DNA of 64,000 bases, taken from the NCBI GenBank assembly GCA_030158285.1, contig JAOATF010000017.1, forward strand, positions 5,373-69,372, in the 5' to 3' direction. Within the stretch, counting starts at the first letter, position 1; each line of letters starts with the position of its first letter. Shown here piece after piece: positions 9,731 through 19,753 of this stretch. This DNA comes from Hyphomonadaceae bacterium. GTDB taxonomy: Bacteria; Pseudomonadota; Alphaproteobacteria; Caulobacterales; Hyphomonadaceae. The translations under genes and the position numbers were made by a program. The notes under the pieces were generated by a model, which saw only the letters and a list, made by a program, of their open reading frames with translations, had not been told where the DNA came from and ran no database searches.

Positions 9731-10864
9731 ATGATTCCGTTCAACAGGCCAAGTCTCGTCGGGAACGAACTCGACTATATTCGTGAGGCTGTTGAGCTCG
9801 GCCATCTCTCGGGCGATGGCCAGTTCTCGAAACGGTGCCATGCCTGGCTTGAAGCGGCTGTGGGCGGACAGGCTCTGCTTACGCATTCCTGCACTGCCGC
9901 CCTGGAGATGGCCGCAATACTGGCGGACCTTCAACCGGGCGACGAAGTGATCATGCCGTCCTACACGTTCGTTTCGACTGCAAATGCCGTCGCCCTGCGC
10001 GGGGCAATTCCGGTGTTTGTGGATATACGACCGGACACGTTGAACATCGACGAGACCCTGATCGAGAGCGCGATCACGAATCGAACCCGTGCGATAATCG
10101 CGGTTCACTACGCGGGCGTGTGCGCCGAAATGGATGCGATTTCCGAGATCGCAAAACGGCACGGGCTGTTCGTGATCGAGGATGCAGCGCAGGCCTTGAT
10201 GTCGACCTACAAGGGACGGCCCGCGGGTTCGCTTTCCGATGCCGCTGCCTTCAGTTTTCACGAAACCAAGAACCTCCTGTCCGGTGAAGGCGGGGCGCTG
10301 GTCGTGCAGAATGAAAAACTCATGGAACGCGCCGAGATAATTCGGGAGAAGGGCACCAACCGGCGCCAGTTCTTCAGGGGCGCTGTGGACAAGTACACCT
10401 GGGTCGATATCGGCTCCTCGTTTCTCCCGAGCGAGCTGGTGGCGGCGTTCCTGCTGGCGCAGCTGGAAAACGGGAATGTCATCACACAAAAGCGGATCGA
10501 CATTTGCCAGACGTATCGTGCCGCTTTTGTAGATGCTGCAAAATCGGGTCGCATCGCCTTACCGGTAGTTCCTCAGCATTGCGGCTTCAACGGCCACATG
10601 TTTTACGTGCTGTTTCCCGGCATCGAAGGCCGGACGAAGTTCATGAACGCCATGAAGGCTGCTGGCGTGATGACACCGTTTCACTATGTGCCGCTGCATT
10701 CATCGCCAGCAGGGCGGCGTTTTGGCAGACATCATGGTGAACTCAAGACAACAGATTCGGTGAGCGAGCGGTTGGTGCGTTTCCCGGTCTTCTTTGACCT
10801 TGGCGACAATCAGGACCGGGTGATTGCGGCGGCCTTGCGCGCGCTTGATGAGATCGGGGTCTAG
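9731..10864 (+). CDS. wecE: dTDP-4-amino-4,6-dideoxygalactose (TDP-4-keto-6-deoxyglucose) transaminase, DegT/DnrJ/EryC1 family
   Basis: The N-terminus MIPFNRPSLVGNELDYIREAVELGHLSGDGQFSKRCHAWLE closely resembles E. coli WecE as I recall it. PLP-aminotransferase core: SCTAALEMA, FVIEDAAQA, SFHETKN. Confidence 0.85.
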   Translation: MIPFNRPSLVGNELDYIREAVELGHLSGDGQFSKRCHAWLEAAVGGQALLTHSCTAALEMAAILADLQPGDEVIMPSYTFVSTANAVALRGAIPVFVDIRPDTLNIDETLIESAITNRTRAIIAVHYAGVCAEMDAISEIAKRHGLFVIEDAAQALMSTYKGRPAGSLSDAAAFSFHETKNLLSGEGGALVVQNEKLMERAEIIREKGTNRRQFFRGAVDKYTWVDIGSSFLPSELVAAFLLAQLENGNVITQKRIDICQTYRAAFVDAAKSGRIALPVVPQHCGFNGHMFYVLFPGIEGRTKFMNAMKAAGVMTPFHYVPLHSSPAGRRFGRHHGELKTTDSVSERLVRFPVFFDLGDNQDRVIAAALRALDEIGV

Positions 10865-10870
10865 GCTCAG

Positions 10871-11314
10871 TTGGCTGTAGAGCAAGCACAGGCGCGCCGG
10901 GACCATGCACGATCATTCGTGCGTTACCTGATCGTCGGCGTGGTGAACAATCTTGCGCTCTATCTGGTGATGCTGGCGCTGCTCGCCGCCGGACTCGTCG
11001 CCTGGCAAGCCACGCTGCTTGTCTATCCGACGGGAGTGGCCGTCTCCTACGTCCTCAACAAGATCTGGAGTTTTAGCCGGCGACGGCGTCGTCGCGGTCA
11101 GTTCTTGGCTTATCTAGCGGTGTATGGAAGCGCCTATCCACTTGCGATAGGGTCTGCCTGGGCCGTGGAGCATATGGGCGCTGGAGGCGCCCTGGCCGCT
11201 CTTGCCGGAATCGTTGTTCCAACGGCATTCATTTTTCTGGGGCTGTCGTTCTGGGTGTTCAGGCATGAGGAAGCGGAACAGCCTTCGGAAGACCTCACTC
11301 CAACCCGCCAATGA
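10871..11314 (+). CDS. GtrA-family small membrane protein (polyprenyl-phosphate-sugar translocase-like)
   Basis: FVRYLIVGVVNNLALYLVMLALL plus three more hydrophobic helices; typical GtrA size and layout. Start uncertain (TTG 10871 or in-frame GTG near 10919). The stop overlaps the next start (ATGA). Confidence 0.75.
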   Translation: MAVEQAQARRDHARSFVRYLIVGVVNNLALYLVMLALLAAGLVAWQATLLVYPTGVAVSYVLNKIWSFSRRRRRRGQFLAYLAVYGSAYPLAIGSAWAVEHMGAGGALAALAGIVVPTAFIFLGLSFWVFRHEEAEQPSEDLTPTRQ

Positions 11315-12264
11315 TCTCGACGCGAGTAGCCATGCAGCCTGTAATATCCGTGATCTCACCCTGCTACGGCTCGCCCAAGGCCTTGGCGGAGCTGTATCAA
11401 CGAACCGCCGCGACGATGGCCAAGATCGGCGTGCCCTTCGAGATGATCCTGGTTGATGACCGATGCCCGATGGACTCGTGGTCGGTGATCCGGACATTGG
11501 CGGCAGAGCACGACAATGTCGTCGCGATCAGGCTCTCGCGGAATTTTGGACAACATCCCGCGATATATGCTGGCCTGGCGCAGGCCAAAGGCGAGTGGAT
11601 TGTGGTGATGGACTGCGACCTTCAGGATCAGCCTGAAGAAATCGAAGCCATGTATCGGCATGCCCTGACCGGATTCGATGCGGTGCGCGCGCGCCGGTCA
11701 AGGCGCAAGGACAACTTCATTCGCCGGTTCCTCTCGAACCGGTTCTACGCTGTGCTGACATTTCTGACGGGTGTGAAGCACAGCGCCGAGGTCGCCAATT
11801 TCGGGGTCTATCATCGCAAGGTGATCGACGGGATCATGTCGTGGAGCGAGGACCACCGCTATTTTCCGGCCGCTGTGCAGTGGATCGGGTTCAATATCAG
11901 CGATCTCAGCGTCGAACACGCCAATCGCAAGTACGGTCGATCATCCTACAATTTTCGACGGCTCATGCGGCTGGCGCTTTCGGTCATAGTATCCTTTTCA
12001 GACAAGCCGCTGCGCATGATGGTCCAGGCTGGCGTTGTCGTGGCCTTGCTGTCCTTCGTCATTTCGGTGGCCTATCTCGGCGTTGCACTCGCAGGAGGCT
12101 TTGTGGTTCCCGGGTGGGCCTCGATCATGATTTCGCTGTGGTTCATTTCTGGCTGCATGATCTTCGCAATCGGCTTCGTTGGCATCTATGTCGGGCAGGT
12201 CATGCGCGAGGCGAAGGGAAGGCCGAATTATATTGTCGATGTCGTCTTGAACGCCAGGGAATAG
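11311..12264 (+). CDS. Polyprenyl-phosphate sugar transferase, GT2 (ArnC / GtrB / DPM1-like)
   Basis: ISVISPCYGS, ILVDDRCPMDS, RLSRNFGQHPAIYAGLAQAKGEWIVVMDCDLQDQPEEI. Two C-terminal TM helices and GQVMREAKGRPNYIV, colinear with E. coli ArnC as I recall it. Confidence 0.85.
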   Translation: MISTRVAMQPVISVISPCYGSPKALAELYQRTAATMAKIGVPFEMILVDDRCPMDSWSVIRTLAAEHDNVVAIRLSRNFGQHPAIYAGLAQAKGEWIVVMDCDLQDQPEEIEAMYRHALTGFDAVRARRSRRKDNFIRRFLSNRFYAVLTFLTGVKHSAEVANFGVYHRKVIDGIMSWSEDHRYFPAAVQWIGFNISDLSVEHANRKYGRSSYNFRRLMRLALSVIVSFSDKPLRMMVQAGVVVALLSFVISVAYLGVALAGGFVVPGWASIMISLWFISGCMIFAIGFVGIYVGQVMREAKGRPNYIVDVVLNARE

Positions 12265-12288
12265 CGAAGTCTTCGCGGGAGCCGGCAG

Positions 12289-13008
12289 ATGCAGTTCACC
12301 TTTTCTGATATTGAAACGCAGCGTTTCGGCGTTCGTGCGGCTCGGTGCGACGATTTTCGGGCAGGCGACTGGCATGAGCTTGCGGCCCGAATTGCGGAGC
12401 ATGATTGCCGGCTGGTGACCGTCCGGTGCGATGCCGCCGAGCTATCCGCAGCCCAGACAATTGTCGCGCATGGCGGCAACCTGATGGACACCGTTGTGAC
12501 GATGGAAGCCGTACAGCTGGATACTGCGGTTTCCCGGTTGCCGGCCGCCGATGGACTGGTGCGCGTGGGAGGAGAGGGCGATGCAGAGGTGATTGACCTG
12601 TTGGCGCGAGAAGCGTTCAGCGACTATGTCAATCACTACCGGGCCGACCCCAGGCTGGATGAGCAGGCGGTTACCGATGCGATGGCCGAATGGACTGTCT
12701 CGTTTGCAAGGCCAACCTCGCATCAAGCCATCCTGCTTGGTCATGACGCCAGCGCGGTGCAGGCTTTTGCGGCCATGAAAGTATCCGGCGACACGGCCGA
12801 GGGCGTGCTGCATGGCGTTTCAAGACAAGGGCGTGGACGTGGCTGGTACAAGGGGCTGCTGATCGCAGGGATGCGCTGGGGAGAGGAAAGAGACTGCAAG
12901 CGAATGACCGTGACAACGCAGCTTCACAACCTGACAACACAACGCACAATGGCCGGGCTGGGGATGCGCATCTGTGGGGCCCGATATACGTTTCACCTAT
13001 GGCTTTGA
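12289..13008 (+). CDS. wecD: GNAT acyltransferase, WecD-like (dTDP-fucosamine N-acetyltransferase)
   Basis: FSDIETQRFGVRAARC at the N-terminus and KRMTVTTQLHNLTTQRTMAGLGMRICGARYTFHLWL at the C-terminus parallel E. coli WecD (WENAFFGV...; [34 protein letters not shown]). Sits in the same block as wecE. Confidence 0.6.
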   Translation: MQFTFSDIETQRFGVRAARCDDFRAGDWHELAARIAEHDCRLVTVRCDAAELSAAQTIVAHGGNLMDTVVTMEAVQLDTAVSRLPAADGLVRVGGEGDAEVIDLLAREAFSDYVNHYRADPRLDEQAVTDAMAEWTVSFARPTSHQAILLGHDASAVQAFAAMKVSGDTAEGVLHGVSRQGRGRGWYKGLLIAGMRWGEERDCKRMTVTTQLHNLTTQRTMAGLGMRICGARYTFHLWL

Positions 13009-13125
13009 GCGGCGGCCACATCGCCCTGCTTGCGTGTCCTGAGAGCCCTGCTATCGCAGCCTGTGGCATGCGTACGTCGTCGAGCAACCAGTCTGGGCTG
13101 ACACAGGGTTAAATCCGGAGACATC

Positions 13126-14007
13126 ATGACGAACTGGAAAGGCATTATTCTGGCGGGTGGAACGGGTTCACGCCTCTTTCCGCTGACGATCGCCGTGAAC
13201 AAGCACTTGCTGCCGGTGTATGACAAACCGATGATCTACTATCCGCTGTGCACCCTGATGCTTTCAGGCATCCGTGACATCGCGATTGTGTCGACACCTG
13301 ATGCGATCCCTGCGATCGAACAGCTGCTCGGCGACGGAAAGCGCTGGGGGCTCTCCTTCGAGTACCTGATTCAGGACCAGCCACGCGGGATCGCAGACGC
13401 GTTCCGGGTGGCTGAAGATTTTATTGGTGATGCAAACACCGGCCTGATCCTTGGCGATAACATTATCCACGGCAGCGGCCTGCAGGACAAACTCGCCGGT
13501 TGCCTGCGCCGGGCAACAGGGGCTTCGATCTTCGGCTATGAGGTTTCAGATCCATCCGCCTTCGGCGTCGTTACCCTGGATGGCGAGGGAAAAGCCGTTT
13601 CAATCGTCGAGAAGCCCAAGCAATCCAAATCCCGTCTCGCGGTTCCGGGCCTCTATTTCTTCGACGCCGAAGCCGGCAGAATTGCGAAGGGACTGAAGCC
13701 CTCGGCCCGCGGCGAACTGGAAGTGACCGATGTGTTGGGTGACTACATGCGCCGCAACAAGCTTCATGTTGAGCGCTTCGGACGCGGGACAGCGTGGCTT
13801 GATGGCGGCACACCCGAAGCGCTTTATGAAGCCACCCAGTTTGTGAAGGTGGTCGAAGACCGTTCCGGATTGAAGATTGCCTGTCCCGAGGAAATCGCCT
13901 GGCGGCTTGGCTATATCGACCTATCCGAATTTCGTGAGCTGGCGCGGAAAGCATCAACGACAGCCTATAATTCGTATCTGCAGGCTCTTGCGGAAAGCGA
14001 AAGCTAG
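13126..14007 (+). CDS. rmlA: Glucose-1-phosphate thymidylyltransferase
   Basis: KGIILAGGTGSRLFPLT, KHLLPVYDKPMIYYPL, QDQPRGIADAF, EVTDV. GGAGA RBS upstream. Confidence 0.93.
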   Translation: MTNWKGIILAGGTGSRLFPLTIAVNKHLLPVYDKPMIYYPLCTLMLSGIRDIAIVSTPDAIPAIEQLLGDGKRWGLSFEYLIQDQPRGIADAFRVAEDFIGDANTGLILGDNIIHGSGLQDKLAGCLRRATGASIFGYEVSDPSAFGVVTLDGEGKAVSIVEKPKQSKSRLAVPGLYFFDAEAGRIAKGLKPSARGELEVTDVLGDYMRRNKLHVERFGRGTAWLDGGTPEALYEATQFVKVVEDRSGLKIACPEEIAWRLGYIDLSEFRELARKASTTAYNSYLQALAESES

Positions 14008-14138
14008 ACTGGGTCTGCGGTGTCCGCGGGAGGTCAGCCCGCTCGCCATGTCGCATGGAGATTTTGCGCAGTGCCGATGCAACTTGGCTGTATATAGACA
14101 GCAGCGAGCGCTGGTTCAGGTGCGCCGTGGAGGCCGTG

Positions 14139-14690
14139 ATGGATGTTCGCCGGACAAAGCTCGCGGGCGTGCTGGTGATTGTTCCAGCCCGCTTCGAGGA
14201 TGCGCGGGGGTTCTTCGCGCCAGTGTTCCAGCAGCGCGTGCTGGAGGCGGCAGGCGTGACGCATGGCTGGGTGCAAGAGAACCAGTCGCTGTCCCGGCGC
14301 AAGGGGACGGTGCGTGGCCTGCATTTCCAGCGGCCGCCTTTTACGCAGGCCAAGCTGGTACGCGTGGTGCGTGGGGCGGCGTTGGATGTATGTGTCGACT
14401 TGCGGCGGACATCGCCGACCTACGCCCAGCATACCACCGTTGAACTCACGGCAGAAAATCTCACGCAGGTCTATATCCCTCCCGGATTTGCACATGGTTT
14501 TTGCGCCCTCTCCGACGATGTCGAAGTGCTCTACAAGGTCTCCGCTGACTGGTCTCCCGCGCACGAGGGCGGAGTGATGTGGAACGACGCGGCGCTCGGG
14601 ATAGACTGGCCGGTGACTGCCGATGAGGCCGTGTTGTCAGACAAGGATCGGGTGTTGCCGCCCCTGGCTGAGCTTGGTCCGATCTTCTAG
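14139..14690 (+). CDS. rmlC: dTDP-4-dehydrorhamnose 3,5-epimerase
   Basis: [54 protein letters not shown]. The ORF is open from 14055, but [10 protein letters not shown] at 14139 gives the normal length. Confidence 0.88.
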   Translation: MDVRRTKLAGVLVIVPARFEDARGFFAPVFQQRVLEAAGVTHGWVQENQSLSRRKGTVRGLHFQRPPFTQAKLVRVVRGAALDVCVDLRRTSPTYAQHTTVELTAENLTQVYIPPGFAHGFCALSDDVEVLYKVSADWSPAHEGGVMWNDAALGIDWPVTADEAVLSDKDRVLPPLAELGPIF

Positions 14691-15658
14691 GCCACGCTGA
14701 GGCGGGCGTCGCCGGCTTTGAGGTGGTCGACGAACCAGCTGTAAGCGTCGCGCAGGCCGGTTTGCAGGTCGTATTTCGGACGCCAGCCCATGGCGATCAG
14801 CTTCGAGGCATCCATCAGCTTGCGCGGCGTGCCGTCGGGCTTGCTTGGGTCGGTGACGATGCGGCCCTTGAAGCCCACGACATCACAGACCAGCTGCGCG
14901 AGTTCGAGGATGGTGACGTCTTCGCCCGAGCCGACATTGATGTGCTCATAGCCGGAATAGGTTTTCAGCAGGTGGACCATCGCGTCGGCGGCGTCGTCAA
15001 CGTGGAGGAATTCGCGGCGCGGCGAGCCTGAGCCCCAGATCAGCAGGCTGTCGGCTCTGGCTTCGCGGGCATCGTGCGCCTTGCGGAGCAGGGCGGGGAT
15101 GACGTGGCTTTTTTCCAGATCGTAGTTGTCGCCGGGGCCATAAAGATTCGTCGGCATGGCGGAGATGTAGTCGACGCCGTGCTGGCGGCGATAGGCTTCG
15201 CACATCTTGAGGCCGGCGATCTTGGCGATGGCGTACCATTCATTGGTGGATTCAAGTGGGCCGGTGAGCAGCGCGTTTTCCGGGATCGGCTGCGGCGCGA
15301 ATTTCGGATAGATGCAGGAAGAGCCGAGGAAGAGGAGCTTTTCCACACCGGCGCGGAATGAGCCTTCGATGACGGCGTTCTGAATCGCGAGATTTTCGTA
15401 GAGAAAGTCCGCCGGATAAGTGTCGTTGGCGAGAATGCCGCCGACTTTTGCGGCGGCCAGCACGACGGCGTGCGGCTTGCGGTCAGCTAGCCAGGCGCGC
15501 ACGCCCACCTGATCGCGCAGGTCGACCTCGGTGCGGTTGACGGTCAGGATCTCGCAATCCTCGCTGGCAAGGCGCCGCGCGATGGCCGAGCCGACCATGC
15601 CGCGATGGCCGGCGATGAAGACGCGCTTTCCGGCGAGAGAGTACGAGGTGGCGCTCAT
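14687..15658 (-). CDS. fcl: GDP-L-fucose synthase (GDP-4-keto-6-deoxymannose 3,5-epimerase/4-reductase)
   Basis: [55 protein letters not shown]. Start taken at MSATSYS (15658); the ORF is open to 15718. Confidence 0.9.
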   Translation of the reverse strand: MSATSYSLAGKRVFIAGHRGMVGSAIARRLASEDCEILTVNRTEVDLRDQVGVRAWLADRKPHAVVLAAAKVGGILANDTYPADFLYENLAIQNAVIEGSFRAGVEKLLFLGSSCIYPKFAPQPIPENALLTGPLESTNEWYAIAKIAGLKMCEAYRRQHGVDYISAMPTNLYGPGDNYDLEKSHVIPALLRKAHDAREARADSLLIWGSGSPRREFLHVDDAADAMVHLLKTYSGYEHINVGSGEDVTILELAQLVCDVVGFKGRIVTDPSKPDGTPRKLMDASKLIAMGWRPKYDLQTGLRDAYSWFVDHLKAGDARLSVA

Positions 15659-15690
15659 GGGTCTTTCCTCGAAGGGCAAAGCGTCCGGGC

Positions 15691-16764
15691 CTAGTGGCGG
15701 CCCGGATCCTTGCGCCACATTTCGCGTTCGGTGCGGGCCACGTCGCTGGCGACCATTTCCGAGACGAGCTGGCGGAATGGTGTCTTGTGCGTCCAGCCAA
15801 GTTTCTTTTTCGCTTTCGACGGATCGCCGTGCAGCAGGTCCACTTCGGTCGGGCGGTAGTAGCGCGGATCGATCTTCACCAGTTCCTCGCCGGTCTTCTT
15901 GTCGTAGCCGACTTCTTCGGCGTCCTTGCCCTTCCAGTCGATCGTGCGGCCGACCTCGGCGAAGGCGAGTTCGACGAACTCACGCACCGAGTGAACCTCG
16001 CCGGTGGCGAGCACATAGTCGTCGCCTTCGGGCTGCTGCAGCATCATCCACATGCCTTCGACGAAGTCCTTCGCGTGGCCCCAGTCGCGCTTGGCGTCGA
16101 TGTTGCCGAGATAGAGTGTTTTCTGCAGGCCCTTCTCGATCGCGGCGACGGCGCGCGTGATCTTGCGGGTGACGAAGGTCTCGCCGCGGGTCGGGCCTTC
16201 ATGGTTGAACAGGATACCGTTCGAGGCGTGCATGCCATAGGCCTCGCGGTAGTTCACCGTGATCCAGAAGGCGTAGAGCTTGGCGGCGGCATAGGGGCTG
16301 CGCGGGTAGAAGGGCGTGGTTTCCTTCTGCGGAATTTCCTGCACCTTGCCGTACAGCTCAGAGGTCGACGCCTGGTAGAAGCGCGTGGTCTTCTCCATGC
16401 CGAGGATGCGGATCGCTTCGAGCAGGCGCAGGGCGCCGGTGGCGTCGGCGTTGGAGGTGTATTCCGGCGTCTCGAAGGAGACCTGCACGTGGCTCTGGGC
16501 GGCGAGGTTGTAGATCTCGTCCGGCTTCGTTTCCTTGACGAGACGGATCAGGTTGGTCGAATCCGTCATGTCGCCATAGTGCAGGAAGAATTTCGTCTTG
16601 CCCTCGTGCGGGTCGACATAGAGATCGTCCACGCGCTCGGTGTTGAAGGACGATGACCGGCGCTTCACGCCATGGACCGTGTAGCCCTTTTCGAGCAGCA
16701 GGCGGGACAGGTAGCCCCCGTCCTGTCCGGTGACACCGGTGATCAGCGCGGTCTTTTTCGTCAT
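15691..16764 (-). CDS. gmd: GDP-mannose 4,6-dehydratase
   Basis: [76 protein letters not shown]. Confidence 0.94.
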   Translation of the reverse strand: MTKKTALITGVTGQDGGYLSRLLLEKGYTVHGVKRRSSSFNTERVDDLYVDPHEGKTKFFLHYGDMTDSTNLIRLVKETKPDEIYNLAAQSHVQVSFETPEYTSNADATGALRLLEAIRILGMEKTTRFYQASTSELYGKVQEIPQKETTPFYPRSPYAAAKLYAFWITVNYREAYGMHASNGILFNHEGPTRGETFVTRKITRAVAAIEKGLQKTLYLGNIDAKRDWGHAKDFVEGMWMMLQQPEGDDYVLATGEVHSVREFVELAFAEVGRTIDWKGKDAEEVGYDKKTGEELVKIDPRYYRPTEVDLLHGDPSKAKKKLGWTHKTPFRQLVSEMVASDVARTEREMWRKDPGRH

Positions 16765-17238
16765 ACCCAGAATGCCTGTCCTTGCTTTCGCTGCCGCGCG
16801 CCGGGTTCTGCGAACCGGTGCGGGGCATTGAGGTCCCCGATGTCGTGCCGGCAGAAATGACCCGAAAACGAGCCCTTCATACCGTGATCCCCTCGTCCCA
16901 CGGGCAGGCTGAGGCCGCCAGTGGAGTGCTGCATTTCGCAGAGCCGAAGCTGGAAATCCAGCAGAAAATGGGCCGCTTTGACTATCTGTAAGGCAGCGCG
17001 ATCCGCGACCGAAATGCCGCCCAACGGGGCCGGTGGGCCGGTGCGCCCCGCAATCGTTTCCGGACGGGCAATGGAACTTAAAATGCTCCGCGGGGGTGAA
17101 TTAAGTCCGTGTTCGCTGTCGGACCCTATATCTAGACTGTTGGCCCAGGGCGGAGGTTTCGTCCCGGGCCTGGAAAGTCAGTACGCGCCTACCCGGCCCC
17201 GGCAGGGGCAAAGTGCGCGGTGGTGGAGCCTGGACTGC

Positions 17239-19704
17239 ATGAGGGTGCTGGTCAGCGGCATCGGGCGATCCGGTACAACGATGATGTACCAGCAGATCGG
17301 CCTCATGATGCGCGACGCTTTCGAGGCGCCGCGCTACCGCTATGAGCCGTATCTGTGGAACCTCAATCCCAGCAACACCAAACTTGCGAGCTATGGTCCG
17401 GAGAGCCTGTCGGCGCGGGGCATGCAGGTGCACCAGAACGCGCCGCTGTTTCTTGACGGCGCCCACCCGGTTCACGACGCTTTCCTGTGGTCGCTGTATG
17501 GCGGCGCGGCGACCTTGCCCGGCGATCCGGAAATTCCCGATGCGTGGCTCGCCAAGATCATTCGCGGCAGCGGGCGGCTGGAGTCTTACCTGCAGGCTTT
17601 CCCCGACCTCAAGGTCGTGATCTGCCTCCGCAATCCGCTGGACACGTTGAACTCCAGCCTCGGGATGTTCTCATTCACGGGCGAGGAGTTCCACGCCAGC
17701 GATCGGCCGCGCCTGCTCGCCGAGACGGCCAAGCGCCTGCCGCATCTGGACCTGCCGCCGGCGGAGACGGCATCGCACCTTGCCGTGTCGACGATCTGGT
17801 GGCGCGCCTTCACCGAATGGTCGATGCGGGTGGCGCGGAAATATCCCGAGCGCTGCTTCCTCTATCGCCACGAGCTGATGGCCAGCCACGAAGACGATGT
17901 GATCGGGAAGCTGGTGAGCTTTCTCGGCTTCTCGTCGGCGGACGTCTTCAGGATGGGGCTCAGCGAGCCGGCCGGCCGGAAGACGACGGCGACCTACCTG
18001 CTCGCGGCAGATATTGGCGAGCTTTATCCGCACCTGCGGTACTATTTCGAGGATTGCCTGTCCCAGCACATGCCGGCGCAGGAGCTGCAGCAACTCGAAG
18101 ACAGGCTGTTGAAGCGCTATGCGGGCGGACGGTTCAGTCCGCAGCTGGCGGGCGACCGGCTTGGCCGGCGGTCAACCTTGCGTCTGCGCGAGGATATTCT
18201 CGGCGGCCACGATGTCGCCCTGAAGCATGTCGAACCGAAGCTGGAGGACGACAAGCGGGTTCCGCTGCGTGCGCGTATCGAGGCGCATGTTGCGGCAAGC
18301 GGTGCTGACGTTGCGGCTCTCAAGATGTATGCGCGGCCGCCGCTGGTTGGAACGACACGCAAGACGTTCGGCTGCTGCATCACCAGCTACAACAACCGGT
18401 ACACCATCCGCGACGCCATCTATTCCGCGCTGGACCAGACCCGGCCGTTTGATCGCATCGTGGTGGTCGACGATGCCTCGCGTGACGGGACGCCTGTGAT
18501 CCTCAAGGATCTCGAAGGGCGCTATTCGTCGCTGTCGATCATCTACCGCACGCACAATGGCGGGGTATCCACCGCGCGGCACCAGGGCATCAGGGCGCTG
18601 GGCACGGACTACATCACCCATCTCGATGGTGACGATTGCTTCTGGCCGACCAAGAACCGCGATGAGGCGGAAGTCGTCCTGGACGATCCGGACGCGGTCG
18701 CGTTCTCGCGCTATCTCATGGACGAAGGACCGGATTCGCTGCAGGTGCTGGACCCTTCCATCTATGTTGGCGAGTCGGCAGGCCTGTTCAGAAGGCTGCT
18801 TGCGCGTACGCCGGCCATCCCGCGCGACATGACGATGCCGGCGAAGGCCTATCGGGCGACCGGCGGATACAATGCGCGCCTTGGTCTTTACGAAGACTGG
18901 GATTTCAAGCTTCGCCTCACCCAGGTGTCTGGCGCCTGGAAGGTTTCGGACGCGCACGCAGGCACGGTCTACAATCGCCGCCGCATCGGCCTTTCGAGTG
19001 CGGACGCCGCCTCGCACAGGCGCGCGATCACACACATTTTCCTGGAAGCGGCGCTCCGCATGCCGGGGCAGGAAGGTCTTGCAGACCTCTATGCGCAGGC
19101 CACGCGTGGTTTCGACGATGCCATGACCACGGCGATGTACAGCATCCTGCTGGCTTGCGATGCGGGCGCGGCGTCTCTGGGCGATCTCAAGCCGCTGCTC
19201 AGCAGGCAGGGCGTGGCCAAGGCCCATGAAGACTTCGGCCTTTCCGTGAAGGCCATGGACCGCAGCCGGCGCGGCTCGAACAAGACGATCGCGTGGATGC
19301 CGGTTGAAGGGTTCGGAAACAACCAGGCGCCCTATCCGCCGATCCGCCGATCGGAATTCTACTGGCAGCTTGAACCCAGCGCCCGTCTTGCGCTCAGGCT
19401 TTTTGAGCCCGTGCAGGGCTTGTCCATTGAGCTCTTCAGTCCCGTAAGGGACAACGAGATCACGCTCGAGCTAACCGACAAGTCCGCGGTGGTGTTTCGC
19501 GGCGACTTCAGTATCGGCAGGTCCGAACGCGCGGGCGAAACACTGCGGCCGATCATCTTCCCGATCAATGTCCCGCTGAAGTCGGGTAATTATGGGCTGA
19601 CGTTGAAGACCAAGTACTTTGTCGAGAAGGCCGCGGCCGGTCCAAGCGTTCCCGCGCGCAACCTGCACGTCATCGTCAGCGATGTCCTGACCGCGGACAG
19701 CTGA
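17239..19704 (+). CDS. Multidomain protein: N-terminal sulfotransferase domain, central GT2 domain, uncharacterised C-terminal domain
   Basis: PAPS-binding 5'-PSB-like VLVSGIGRSGTTMMY and 3'-PB-like VICLRNPLDTLNSS. GT-A motifs FGCCITSYNNRYTIRDAIYSALDQT, VVVDDASRDGT, HLDGDDCFWP. The last ~200 aa carry no motif I recognise. The ORF is open from 16921; ATG 17239 places the P-loop at the N-terminus. Confidence 0.7.
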   Translation: MRVLVSGIGRSGTTMMYQQIGLMMRDAFEAPRYRYEPYLWNLNPSNTKLASYGPESLSARGMQVHQNAPLFLDGAHPVHDAFLWSLYGGAATLPGDPEIPDAWLAKIIRGSGRLESYLQAFPDLKVVICLRNPLDTLNSSLGMFSFTGEEFHASDRPRLLAETAKRLPHLDLPPAETASHLAVSTIWWRAFTEWSMRVARKYPERCFLYRHELMASHEDDVIGKLVSFLGFSSADVFRMGLSEPAGRKTTATYLLAADIGELYPHLRYYFEDCLSQHMPAQELQQLEDRLLKRYAGGRFSPQLAGDRLGRRSTLRLREDILGGHDVALKHVEPKLEDDKRVPLRARIEAHVAASGADVAALKMYARPPLVGTTRKTFGCCITSYNNRYTIRDAIYSALDQTRPFDRIVVVDDASRDGTPVILKDLEGRYSSLSIIYRTHNGGVSTARHQGIRALGTDYITHLDGDDCFWPTKNRDEAEVVLDDPDAVAFSRYLMDEGPDSLQVLDPSIYVGESAGLFRRLLARTPAIPRDMTMPAKAYRATGGYNARLGLYEDWDFKLRLTQVSGAWKVSDAHAGTVYNRRRIGLSSADAASHRRAITHIFLEAALRMPGQEGLADLYAQATRGFDDAMTTAMYSILLACDAGAASLGDLKPLLSRQGVAKAHEDFGLSVKAMDRSRRGSNKTIAWMPVEGFGNNQAPYPPIRRSEFYWQLEPSARLALRLFEPVQGLSIELFSPVRDNEITLELTDKSAVVFRGDFSIGRSERAGETLRPIIFPINVPLKSGNYGLTLKTKYFVEKAAAGPSVPARNLHVIVSDVLTADS

Positions 19705-19753
19705 GCCTCTGCCTGGGAACTCTGCAGGTCAAAGGATCGCTTGTCAGGAACCG

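Noticed and set aside
14687-14690. Convergent genes sharing a CTAG, where both stop codons overlap. It occurs twice: rmlC/fcl here, and 41220-41223 for the KpsS-like gene and the FkbM MTase. There are also several ATGA/GTGA start-stop overlaps (4793, 11311, 28141, 35095, 52225).
   Set aside because: These are real and support operon structure and translational coupling. They are a routine consequence of compact gene packing rather than a distinct element.
15852-15859. GGCGGTAG, identical to the enterobacterial ops/JUMPstart core used by RfaH in polysaccharide operons.
   Set aside because: It lies inside the gmd coding region on the strand opposite to gmd transcription, not in a 5' UTR. A chance occurrence of an 8-mer is likely in 64 kb of GC-rich DNA.
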